Below the pieces are notes generated by a model, which was not told where the DNA came from, searched no databases, and saw only the letters and a list, made by a program, of their open reading frames with translations. A program made the position numbers and the translations under genes. From NCBI GenBank assembly GCA_041483195.1, contig JBGPFC010000001.1, positions 164,383-228,382 of the forward strand: DNA of 64,000 nucleotides. Reading direction: 5' to 3'. Numbering within the stretch: the first letter of the stretch is position 1; every line of letters starts with the position of its first letter. Of this stretch, positions 47,572 through 59,687 are shown one piece after another. The stretch is from Candidatus Eiseniibacteriota bacterium. GTDB taxonomy: Bacteria; Eisenbacteria; RBG-16-71-46.

Positions 47572-48207
47572 TCATCGGCGCGCGAGCCCGCTCAGCAACC
47601 GATCCACGAACTCCTGGCCCAGCTCTGCGGCGTGCATGGCGCCCTCCGGCCGGTACCAGCGCGCGATCCAGTTGATCGCGCCGAGGATCACGAACACGGC
47701 GATCTTGGAATCGCCCTTGCGGAATTCCCCGTCGCGCATGCCGTCGGCGATGATCCTGCGCAGCTGGCGCTCGTAGCGGTCGCGCCCTGCGATCATCCGC
47801 GCCTGCTTCTCGCGCGAGAGCGCCGTGACCTCGAACGCGAGCGGCGATCCCTGGAGCGTGTCGGTCATCACGCGCACGTGCTCGCGGATCACGTGCCCCA
47901 GCTTCGCCGACGCCGTGTCGAGGGCCGCGGCCTCGCGCATGATGCGGGTGAGCTCGGCAAGCGAGTCGCGATGGCACTCGTAGAGAATCGCTTCCTTGTC
48001 TGGGAAGTAGTGGTAGAGGGCGGTCTTTCGCACCCCGAGGTGGTCGGCGATGTGCTCGAGCGTCGTCCGGTGATAGCCCTTCTCCCCGAACGCGCGCAGC
48101 GCTGCCTGGAGGATTTCGGCGCGACGGCGGCGGCGCTTCTCCTGGACGCGCGGCGAACGCGTCTCGGATCGCGACACGCGAGCGACGGCCGACTGCCCCT
48201 GCGTCAC
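47572..48207 (-). CDS. TetR family regulator (KstR2/PaaR-like, probably acyl-CoA responsive)
   Basis: HTH GYHRTTLEHIADHLGVRKTALYHYFPDKE; C-terminal GAINWIARWYRPEG; GTG 48207 after GGAGG. Confidence 0.88.
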   Translation of the reverse strand: MTQGQSAVARVSRSETRSPRVQEKRRRRRAEILQAALRAFGEKGYHRTTLEHIADHLGVRKTALYHYFPDKEAILYECHRDSLAELTRIMREAAALDTASAKLGHVIREHVRVMTDTLQGSPLAFEVTALSREKQARMIAGRDRYERQLRRIIADGMRDGEFRKGDSKIAVFVILGAINWIARWYRPEGAMHAAELGQEFVDRLLSGLARR

Positions 48208-48240
48208 GGTTGGCCCTCCCCCATCCGGTATCGGCAAAGA

Positions 48241-48285
48241 TTGAACAACCGTTAGAAATTTGAACCAACGGTAGAATTATGTCAA
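48241..48285 (-). promoter_or_regulatory. Putative promoter and tandem operator of the tetR-benzoyl-CoA operon
   Basis: AT-rich island. Minus-strand TTGACA at 48285-48280 with a weak -10 (CAAATT) 17 nt downstream; two 17-bp direct repeats, TTGAACAACCGTTAGAA (48241-48257) and TTGAACCAACGGTAGAA (48260-48276). Confidence 0.6.
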
Positions 48286-48350
48286 GCTCGAATCCAGGCG
48301 GTCGAGGATGGGCACAGGGGCTCGCGTGAGGGGACGCGGAGGAGGGCATC

Positions 48351-48896
48351 ATGAGGGATCCGATCGAGCGGCTGCTCGAAGAGCACATGCAGATCATGGC
48401 GCAGATCGACGGCCTGCGAGGCGCGGTGCGCGCGCTCGAGAGCCGCGGCGAGGCGGCCGTGCCCGAGACGCGACCGGCGCTGGCCGGTGCGGGCCGCATG
48501 ATGGCGACCCAGCTGCTCGCCCACGCCCGGAGGGAGGACGAGGCCCTCTTCCCGGCGCTCGAGCGGGTCTTCGGGAGCGGCTCCGGTCCGACCGCGGTGA
48601 TGCGCCTGGAGCACCGCGCGATTCACGCGCAGGCCGAGCTCTACCGCGAGACGCTGCGCGAGCTGGAACAGGTCGAGCATCCCGCGATCGTGGCGGGGGG
48701 CGCCGAGCTGCTGGCGCTCGCGGCCGAAGGCGGGGGCGCCGCGAGGCTCCGCGACGCGGCGCGGCACATCATCGAGCTGCTCGAGCTTCACTTCGCCAAG
48801 GAGGAGGAGATCCTGTTCCCGATGGCGCGCGAGATGCTCTCCCCCGCGGATCTCGCGGCGGTCGCCCTCAAGATGGAGGCGCTGGAGCGGGGCTGA
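48351..48896 (+). CDS. Hemerythrin-like (HHE cation-binding) protein
   Basis: EEH, H.RRED.ALFP, EHRAIH and HFAKEEEILFP. Confidence 0.88.
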   Translation: MRDPIERLLEEHMQIMAQIDGLRGAVRALESRGEAAVPETRPALAGAGRMMATQLLAHARREDEALFPALERVFGSGSGPTAVMRLEHRAIHAQAELYRETLRELEQVEHPAIVAGGAELLALAAEGGGAARLRDAARHIIELLELHFAKEEEILFPMAREMLSPADLAAVALKMEALERG

Positions 48897-48912
48897 GGCC
48901 GGGGGAGTCCCC

Positions 48913-49836
48913 TCAGTCGTTCAGCACGCGCCGGATCTCGGCGCGCACGCGCTCGCCGATCTCGGGAGGCAGCTGCTGCCGGCCCCAGGCGCGGCACTCC
49001 CCCAGCACGCGCCGCAGGGACTCGCACGCTTCCCCGCAATCGGCGCATGAGGCGACGTGCGTCCGCAGGCTCTCGCACGCGGCCGGGCTCAGCTCGCCTT
49101 CCAGGAAGCGGCTGATCGAGCGCGTCGTGTCAGGGCAGCGTCCGTGAGTGGCAACGATCGGCGGCCTCCGCGGCGGCGCGCGCCGGGATCGCGGCGTGAA
49201 GTGCGGCGCCAGCGTGTCGCGCAGAAGGAGACGGGCGCGGTGCAGCCGCGACTTGAGCGCCCGCTCTCCGATCCCGAGGACGCGCCCCGCCTCGCGCGCG
49301 CTCAGGCCCTCCACATCACGCAGCACCAGCGCCTCGCGCAGCCCCGACGGAAGGGCGCCGATCGCGCGCTCCAGGGCCGCTCGCAGCTCGCGACGCTCAT
49401 GCCGCACCACCGGGTCGTGGTCGCCTCCGCTCGCGAGCGCGAGCTCGCGACTGTCGGTCGCGTGCTCGAGGGACTCGATGTGCCGCGGGGCGTGCGCGCG
49501 GCGGCGCCGCTGGCGCATGCACGCCCGCCGCGCGATGGCGTAGGCCCACGTGCTCAGCGATGCATCGCCGCGAAATTGCCGGAGCGCCCGGACCAGCGAG
49601 ACCAGGACGTCCTGCACGACGTCTTCCGCGTCATGTGCGTCCCGGCAGAATCCCCGGCTGAAGCGATAGATCGGCTTCGAAACCAGGCCGAGCAGTCGCG
49701 AGAGTGCCCGTCGATCGCCGTCCCGGGCCGCGTCCAGGAGCCGGCGCTCCGCCGCGTCGGGGCGCGAGCGGGAAGCCCTCGAGCCCGTCTGAGCGGAGCG
49801 CTGAAACTCCTTGAACGCCAGCATGTTCGGCTGCAT
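48913..49836 (-). CDS. ECF sigma-70 factor fused to a C-terminal zf-HC2 (ZAS) anti-sigma-like domain
   Basis: Region 2 DAEDVVQD...FRG.ASLSTW, region 4 LRDVEGLS..E...KSRLHRAR, then C...FLEGEL...HVASCADC. Confidence 0.88.
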   Translation of the reverse strand: MQPNMLAFKEFQRSAQTGSRASRSRPDAAERRLLDAARDGDRRALSRLLGLVSKPIYRFSRGFCRDAHDAEDVVQDVLVSLVRALRQFRGDASLSTWAYAIARRACMRQRRRRAHAPRHIESLEHATDSRELALASGGDHDPVVRHERRELRAALERAIGALPSGLREALVLRDVEGLSAREAGRVLGIGERALKSRLHRARLLLRDTLAPHFTPRSRRAPPRRPPIVATHGRCPDTTRSISRFLEGELSPAACESLRTHVASCADCGEACESLRRVLGECRAWGRQQLPPEIGERVRAEIRRVLND

Positions 49837-49873
49837 ATGAATCCTTTTTTGCGGGCGCGGCTCTCACCCGCGA

Positions 49874-51015
49874 ATGGAACTCCACCGCACGATCCCATCC
49901 GGGAATCCCCACCGGCCCGCCATCATAGCAAAGCTGGGGCTCGCATCCGTCCTCGCGCTCGCCTCGCTGGCGGGTTGCGCGTTGAAGGGCGGGGGCTCCG
50001 GCGCGCAGCGCGAGGCCGCAGACACCCTGGCCGTCCAGCTGGTGCGCGCCGAGACCCGGCAGCGGGTTGCGCTGGTGCTTCCGGCGCGAGTCGCGGCCCG
50101 CGAGGAGGTCACCGTCACGGCGCGCGTGGCCGGCCGTCTCACGGCCCTGCCCGCTCGCGAAGGCGATTCGTTCGCGGCCGGGCAGGCGCTCGCGATGTTC
50201 GAGGCGCCCGAGATGCGCGAGGCGCTGGCCTCGGCGCGCGCCGGGCTCGATGCCGCGACCGTCCGGCGCGACAACGCGCGCCGCCAGGAGGCGCGCATGG
50301 ACTCGCTGTTCGCGGCGCGCGTCGTGGCGTTGCGCGATCTCGATCAGGCGCGCGGCGAACGGCGCGACGCGGACGCGGCGGACGCGGCGGCGGGCGCGGC
50401 GCTCGACCAGATCGACGCCGGCGTGCGGATCGCGGCGCCGTTCGCGGGAGTGGTCGTGCGTCGCCGGGTCGATCCGGGCACCAGTGTCCTTCCCGGACAG
50501 CCGTTGCTCGAGATCCGATCCAACGCCGTTGGCGAGATTCTCGCCTCGGTTCCGGAATCGGCGCTCGAATCGCTCCGCGCCGATCGCGCGAGCTTTCAGA
50601 TCGGAGACGGGCCATGGCACGCCGCGCGGCTCACGCGGGTGGATGGCATGACCGACTTTGCCACCCGCACGCGGATCGCACGCTTCGCCCCCGCACCGAG
50701 CGCCGTCGCGCTCGAGCCCGGGGCGTTCGCGCGCATCCGGCTGATCGCCGCCCCGTCCGCGGCGGCCGCGGCCGGCGATGCCACGGCGCGCCCCGCGGAC
50801 GACTCCGTTCCGAGCGTTCCCACGCGCGCGCTCGTGCGGCGCGGCGCACTGGCGGGCGTGTACGTGGTGCGGGAAGGCCGCGCGCGCCTGCGCTGGATCA
50901 AGCCGGGGCGCGCCGATGATGCGAGCGTCGCGGTGCTGGGCGGACTCGATCCGGGCGAGGCGGTGGTAGCCGATCCGACCGGGCTGTGGGACGGCCGCCC
51001 GGTGCGCGTCCGGCC

Positions 51016-51019
<4 letters not shown>
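49874..51019 (+). CDS. RND efflux periplasmic adaptor (membrane fusion lipoprotein)
   Basis: Lipobox LAGC, lipoyl halves (VAGRL..REGD; IAAPFAGVV) and GGLDPGE.VV; the start codon is uncertain. Confidence 0.88.
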
Positions 51020-54281
<3,262 letters not shown>

Positions 54282-54285
<4 letters not shown>

Positions 54286-54569
54286 AGCTGATCCTGATCG
54301 CGGCGGATGCGAACCGGCTGGATGTCATCCGCGCGGACCTGCACGCGCTCGGCGCGTCGGGGTATACGACGTTTCCGGTGCTGGAGGGCGCGGGACGCAC
54401 CGGCGTCCACGCCGGCGATCGCGTCCATCCCGGCGCGCTGGTCGGCCTGTTCGTGGTCGAAGCGGACGAACGCGCCACCGCGTTGTTCGACGAGCTGGTC
54501 CGGCGGCGCGATGCCGCCGGGGACACGCTCTCGAGGATGTTCCTGGTGCCCGTCGAGCGCCAGGCGTAA
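54282..54569 (+). CDS. P-II-like (transporter-associated) small protein
   Basis: MKLILI...GYT.FPVLEGAGRTG...HPG...MFLVPVE; overlaps the RND stop codon. Confidence 0.65.
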
Positions 54570-54584
54570 CCCAGGAGGAATCAC

Positions 54585-54776
54585 ATGACGGTCAACGAAG
54601 GATTGCGCGCCGTCGCGGGCACGTTCGTGCTCGCCTCCGTCGCGCTGGGCATCTGGGTGAACCCGTGGTGGTTCGCGTTCACAGCGTTCGTCGGCGCGAA
54701 TCTGTTCCAGTCGGCGTTCACGAGGTGGTGCCCGATGATGTGGGTGCTGGGCAAGGCGGGCTGCCGGCGCGGCTGA
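54585..54776 (+). CDS. DUF2892/YgaP-like membrane protein
   Basis: AG.FVL.S..L...V.PWW..FTAFVGANLFQSAFT.WCPM; AGGAGG RBS. Confidence 0.85.
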   Translation: MTVNEGLRAVAGTFVLASVALGIWVNPWWFAFTAFVGANLFQSAFTRWCPMMWVLGKAGCRRG

Positions 54777-54784
54777 GCGCTTCG

Positions 54785-57499
54785 TCAGGCGCGCGCCATG
54801 CTCCGCAGCACGGTCTGGAGGATCCCGCCGTTGCGGTAGTAGTCGACGTCCACCGGCGTGTCGAGCCGGGCAATCGTCGAGAACTCCAGCACCGAGCCGT
54901 CCTCGCGCTTCGCCCGAACCGTAACCCGCATGCGCGGCTCGAGCTTCGCCGCGATTCCGATCACGTCGAACGATTCGCGCCCGCCGAGCCCCAGGCTGTC
55001 CGCGTTCTGACCGGTCTCGTACTGGAGCGGCAGCACGCCCATGCCCACCAGGTTCGCGCGGTGGATGCGCTCGTAGCTCTCGGCGATCACGGCGCGAACC
55101 CCCAGCAGCAACGTGCCCTTGGCCGCCCAGTCGCGAGACGATCCGGATCCGTACTCCTTTCCGGCCAGCACCATGAGCGGCACGCCCTCGGCGCGGTAAC
55201 GTTCCGCGACTTCGAAGATGCTCCCGCGCCCGCCATCCGGCAGATGAAGGGTCACGTTGCCCTCGCTCCCGGGCACCAGCAGGTTCTTGAGCCGGATGTT
55301 CGCGAAGGTGCCGCGCACCATGACCAGGTCGTTGCCGCGGCGCGAGCCGTACGAGTTGAAGTCGCGCTTCTCCGAGCCGCGGGACTTGAGCCAGCGGCCG
55401 GCGGGGCTGTCCTCAGCGATGTCACCGGCCGGCGAGATGTGATCGGTGGTCACGGAGTCTCCGAGCACGACCAGCGCGCGCGCCCCGGGAATGTCTGCGA
55501 GCGGCGCGGGCTCGCGCGTCAGCCCGCCGAAGAAGGGCGGCTCGTGGATGTAGCCGGAGCCCGGGTCCCACGCGTAGCGCTCGCCCCCCGCGACCGGGAT
55601 CGCGTTCCAGCGCGGATTCCCGTCGAACACGTTGGCGTACTCCGCGCTGAAGTGCTCGGGCCTGAGCGATGACGCGATGGTGTCGGCGATCTCGCGCTGC
55701 GTCGGCCACAGCTCGCGCAGGTAGACGGGACGGCCGTCGGCCCCGGTGCCGACCGGATCGCGCTCGAAGTCGATGTCCACCGTGCCCGCGAGCGCGTACG
55801 CGACGACCAGCGGCGGGGAGGCCAGGTAGTTGGCGCGCGTGAGCGGGTTCACGCGGCCCTCGAAGTTGCGATTTCCCGAGAGCACCGCCGCCGCGACCAG
55901 CCTGCCCCCTTCGATTCCCTTCGCGATCGAGTCGGACAGCGGTCCCGAATTGCCGATGCACGTGGTGCAGCCGTAGCCCACGACGTAGAAGCCGAGCGCC
56001 TGGAGCGCGGGGGTGAGCCCGGCCTGATCGAGGTAGCGCGTCACCACCTTGGATCCTGGCGCCATGCTGGTCTTCACCCACGGCTTGACCGTGAGGCCGC
56101 GCTCCACCGCCTTGCGCGCGAGCAGCCCCGCTCCCACCATCACCGAGGGATTCGAGGTGTTGGTGCACGAAGTGATCGCCGCGATCACCACCGCTCCGTG
56201 GCCGAGACGCGCGCGGTCGCCGTTGGTCCCCACCTCCACCGTGCGATCGAGCTCGTCATCGCCGACCCCGTAGCCGCGCTCCTTGACCGGCGCCGAGAGC
56301 GCGCGGCGGAAGGCCGGCTTCATCTCGCGCAGCGCGACGCGGTCCTGGGGCCGCTTCGGACCCGCGAGGCTCGGCTCGACGTCTCCGAGGTCGAGGCCGA
56401 GCGTCTCGCTGAAGATCGGATCGGGCGCGTCGTCGGATCGCCACAACCCCTGTTCCTTGCAGTAGGCCTCCGCGAGCTTCGCGGCGCCGCCCCGGCCGGT
56501 CCGCTCGAGGTAGCGCAGCGTCTCCGCGTCCACCGGGAAGAACCCCATGGTCGCGCCGTACTCCGGCGCCATGTTGCCGATGGTGGCGCGGTCCGCGACC
56601 GACATGGCCGAGAGACCGGGGCCGTAGAACTCCACGAACTTGTCCACCACGCCCTTCTTGCGGAGCATCTGCGTCACGGTGAGCACGAGGTCGGTGGCGG
56701 TGACGCCGTCGCGCAGCGAGCCTCGGAGCTTGAACCCCACCACCTGCGGCATGACGAGGTAGAGCGGCTGGCCGAGCATCACGGCCTCGGCCTCGATCCC
56801 GCCGACGCCCCAGCCCGCGACCCCGAGGCCGTTGATCATCGTGGTGTGCGAGTCGGTGCCGACCAGCGTGTCGGGATAGGCGATCGGTCCATCGGCCGAC
56901 GGGGCGTGCATCACGACCTGCGCCAGGTACTCGAGGTTGACCTGGTGCACGATCCCGGTCGCCGGCGGCACCACGCGGAAATTCGAGAACGCCTTCTGTC
57001 CCCAGCGCAGGAACTCGTAGCGCTCGCGATTGCGCTGGAACTCGATCTCGGCGTTGCGCTCGAGGGCGAGCACGTTCCCGAACACGTCCACCTGGACCGA
57101 GTGGTCGATCACGAGATCCACCGGCACCAGCGGATTGATCCGCTTCGGATCGCCGCCCAGCCGCACGAACGCGTCGCGCATCGCGGCGAGGTCGACCACG
57201 CACGGCACGCCGGTGAAATCCTGCAGAATGACGCGGGCCGGCTTGAACGGAATTTCGATCGGCTCCGCCGCGGCCGGGCTCCAGCGCGCGAGGCGCTCCA
57301 CGTCGGCCTCCGTCACCTGGTAACCGTCGCAGTGGCGAAGCGCGGCCTCGATCAGGATCCGGATCGAGAACGGCAGGCGGTCGATGGCCACGCCGAGACG
57401 CGCGGCGAGACGGTCGAGGCGGCAGATCTGGAACGCGCCGGCGGGGGTCGAGAGCGAGGCGCGAGCGCCGAACGCATCCTGGGAACGGGGATTGCTCAT
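54785..57499 (-). CDS. acnA: Aconitate hydratase A
   Basis: [65 protein letters not shown] and [10 protein letters not shown]. Confidence 0.97.
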   Translation of the reverse strand: MSNPRSQDAFGARASLSTPAGAFQICRLDRLAARLGVAIDRLPFSIRILIEAALRHCDGYQVTEADVERLARWSPAAAEPIEIPFKPARVILQDFTGVPCVVDLAAMRDAFVRLGGDPKRINPLVPVDLVIDHSVQVDVFGNVLALERNAEIEFQRNRERYEFLRWGQKAFSNFRVVPPATGIVHQVNLEYLAQVVMHAPSADGPIAYPDTLVGTDSHTTMINGLGVAGWGVGGIEAEAVMLGQPLYLVMPQVVGFKLRGSLRDGVTATDLVLTVTQMLRKKGVVDKFVEFYGPGLSAMSVADRATIGNMAPEYGATMGFFPVDAETLRYLERTGRGGAAKLAEAYCKEQGLWRSDDAPDPIFSETLGLDLGDVEPSLAGPKRPQDRVALREMKPAFRRALSAPVKERGYGVGDDELDRTVEVGTNGDRARLGHGAVVIAAITSCTNTSNPSVMVGAGLLARKAVERGLTVKPWVKTSMAPGSKVVTRYLDQAGLTPALQALGFYVVGYGCTTCIGNSGPLSDSIAKGIEGGRLVAAAVLSGNRNFEGRVNPLTRANYLASPPLVVAYALAGTVDIDFERDPVGTGADGRPVYLRELWPTQREIADTIASSLRPEHFSAEYANVFDGNPRWNAIPVAGGERYAWDPGSGYIHEPPFFGGLTREPAPLADIPGARALVVLGDSVTTDHISPAGDIAEDSPAGRWLKSRGSEKRDFNSYGSRRGNDLVMVRGTFANIRLKNLLVPGSEGNVTLHLPDGGRGSIFEVAERYRAEGVPLMVLAGKEYGSGSSRDWAAKGTLLLGVRAVIAESYERIHRANLVGMGVLPLQYETGQNADSLGLGGRESFDVIGIAAKLEPRMRVTVRAKREDGSVLEFSTIARLDTPVDVDYYRNGGILQTVLRSMARA

Positions 57500-57520
57500 G
57501 ATGAACGTCCTTTCCGGTTG

Positions 57521-57610
57521 CGGAGGCGCACAGGGCCTCCGGGTTGGACGAGGGACTCACAGGGTCCCGTGATGTGGCTGGAGTATAGATCGGCCGGCCC
57601 GGGAGTCCAA
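57521..57610 (-). promoter_or_regulatory. acnA promoter and 5' leader with two hairpins sharing a CCUGUG(C/A) loop
   Basis: Minus strand: TTGGAC-N17-TATACT (57610-57582), then GGGAC-CCTGTGA-GTCCC (57568-57552) and CGGAGGC-CCTGTGC-GCCTCCG (57541-57521), then SD AAAGGA and ATG 57499. Confidence 0.55.
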
Positions 57611-57689
57611 CCCACTCGAAACTCGGCTAAGGGGGGTGAGTCGCCCCGCGCTGCCGGAGGGGATATCATGCCGCCCGGGAGGAACACCC

Positions 57690-59024
57690 ATGACACACCG
57701 AAAGAACCTGGGAATCCTGGTCGGCGGCGGCCCGGCGCCCGGCATCAACGCGGTGATCGGCGCCGCGACCATCCGCGCGGCGCTCGAAGGCGTGGAGGTG
57801 CTGGGCATCGAGGACGGTTTCGAGTGGCTGATGCAGGGCAGCATCGATCACGTGCGCCCGCTTACCATCGAGAGCACCAGCCGCATTCACTTCCGGGGCG
57901 GCTCGTTCATCGGGATCTCGCGCGCCAATCCGACGACCCATCCCGACCTGCTCGAGAACACGGTGGTGTCGATGCTGCGCCTCAACATCTCGGAGCTCAT
58001 CACCATCGGCGGCGACGACACCGCGTTCTCCGCGATGAAGCTCTCGGAGAAGGCCGGCGGCCGGATCCGGGTCGTGCACGTGCCCAAGACCATCGACAAC
58101 GACCTCGACCTCCCGCCGCACGTGGACACGTTCGGTTACCAGACCGCGCGACACGTCGGGGTCGAGATCGTGAAGAACCTCATGGTGGACGCCAAGACCA
58201 CGTCGCGCTGGTACTACGTGATCGCGATGGGCCGGAAGGCGGGCCACCTCGCGCTCGGGATCGGCAAGGCGGTGGGCGCCACGCTCACGCTGATCCCCGA
58301 GGAGTTCGGGCGGAAACCGATCGCGTTCAAGACGCTGGTCGACACGCTGGTGGGCGCGATCATCAAGCGCCTCGCCGACGGCCGCCGCGACGGCGTCGCG
58401 ATCATCGCGGAGGGCGTGCTGCTCTGCATCGACGAGCATGATCTCAGCGCGGTCGCGGAGGCGGAGCGGGACGCCCACGGCAACATCCGGCTCGACGAGG
58501 TCAATTTCGGGGAGATCCTGAAGCGCGAGGTGCAGCTGCGGCTCAAGCAGTTCGACCTCAAGGCGAGCATCGCGGCCAAGAACATCGGCTACGAGCTGCG
58601 CTGCGCCGACCCCACCCCGTTCGACATGGAATACGCGCGCGATCTCGGCTACTGCGCAGCGAAGTGCCTGCTGGGCGGCGGCGGCGCGGTGATGATCTCG
58701 ATGCAGGCCGGCCACTTCGTCGCGATCCCGTTCGCCAACATGCTCGATCTCGAGACCGGGCGGGCGAAGGTGCGCATGGTCGACATTCATTCCGCGCGCT
58801 ACGGCATCGCCCGGCGCTACATGATCCGAATCCGCCGCGATGACTTCGAGGACCCGCACGAGCTGGCGCGCTTCGCGGCCGCCGCGAGGCTGCCGCTCGA
58901 GCGATTCCGCGCCGAGTTCGAGTACCTGATCGCCGAGGAGCCGCCACCGCTCGAGCTGCTGCCCCCCGGGGCCGGAGAGTACGAGCTGCTCGGGGAGGGC
59001 AGCATCGCCCGGCCGGAGAGCTGA
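57690..59024 (+). CDS. pfp: Pyrophosphate-dependent phosphofructokinase
   Basis: GGGPAPGIN, GGDD (PPi-type), PKTIDND, MGR and GYELRC. Confidence 0.88.
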   Translation: MTHRKNLGILVGGGPAPGINAVIGAATIRAALEGVEVLGIEDGFEWLMQGSIDHVRPLTIESTSRIHFRGGSFIGISRANPTTHPDLLENTVVSMLRLNISELITIGGDDTAFSAMKLSEKAGGRIRVVHVPKTIDNDLDLPPHVDTFGYQTARHVGVEIVKNLMVDAKTTSRWYYVIAMGRKAGHLALGIGKAVGATLTLIPEEFGRKPIAFKTLVDTLVGAIIKRLADGRRDGVAIIAEGVLLCIDEHDLSAVAEAERDAHGNIRLDEVNFGEILKREVQLRLKQFDLKASIAAKNIGYELRCADPTPFDMEYARDLGYCAAKCLLGGGGAVMISMQAGHFVAIPFANMLDLETGRAKVRMVDIHSARYGIARRYMIRIRRDDFEDPHELARFAAAARLPLERFRAEFEYLIAEEPPPLELLPPGAGEYELLGEGSIARPES

Positions 59025-59029
59025 GCGGA

Positions 59030-59638
59030 TCAGAACGCGAGGCGCAGCGCCTCCAGCCGCAGCGCCGGCCCCCGGAGTGGAGCACGCGAGGCCGCCCACC
59101 CCGGGGCGGGAGCGAACGGAGCGCTCAGGCCGAGCCGGTGAGCGGTGCGGGCCTTGCGGTTCGCGGTCGACGCGAGGCTCGCGCCGAGCGGCGCGAGCGC
59201 GAGCGAGATTCCCCACACCGCGCCGCCGCGTTCCACGCGTGGCAACATCGAGGCGATCCCCCACGCGGTCCCGAGGCCGAGCAGCGCGCCACCGACCGTC
59301 TTCATGCTCGGCGGCTCTTCGTACGCGAGCGATCCGAGGGCGGTCACGGCCACGGCGGCGGTGAGCGCGCCGACGCTCGCGGCGGTCTGCCCACCCGCGG
59401 GGGTGAGCTCATTGCCGCCGGTGATGCTCTCCGCCTCCAGCAGGACGAAGCCCCCGACCAGGAAGTCGGCCGCGGAGGATCCGAGCCACTGGTGCGCGAA
59501 ATACGAGGACGGAGTCGCGCCCAGCCCGGCCGCGACCTCCGCACGGGCCGTTCTCGGAGCGACGCACAGGAAGACGACGCACAGGGAGACGAGGAGCGCG
59601 ACGAGGCCTCGTCCGGAAATCGCGCGAATGGGAACCAC
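59030..59638 (-). CDS. Hypothetical membrane or secreted protein
   Basis: Signal-like N-terminus and several hydrophobic segments; no family recognised. Confidence 0.55.
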   Translation of the reverse strand: MVPIRAISGRGLVALLVSLCVVFLCVAPRTARAEVAAGLGATPSSYFAHQWLGSSAADFLVGGFVLLEAESITGGNELTPAGGQTAASVGALTAAVAVTALGSLAYEEPPSMKTVGGALLGLGTAWGIASMLPRVERGGAVWGISLALAPLGASLASTANRKARTAHRLGLSAPFAPAPGWAASRAPLRGPALRLEALRLAF

Positions 59639-59687
59639 GGATCCTCCCTTCGTGAGGAGATCTCGGCCTGGGATCGAAGCGCGAGCG

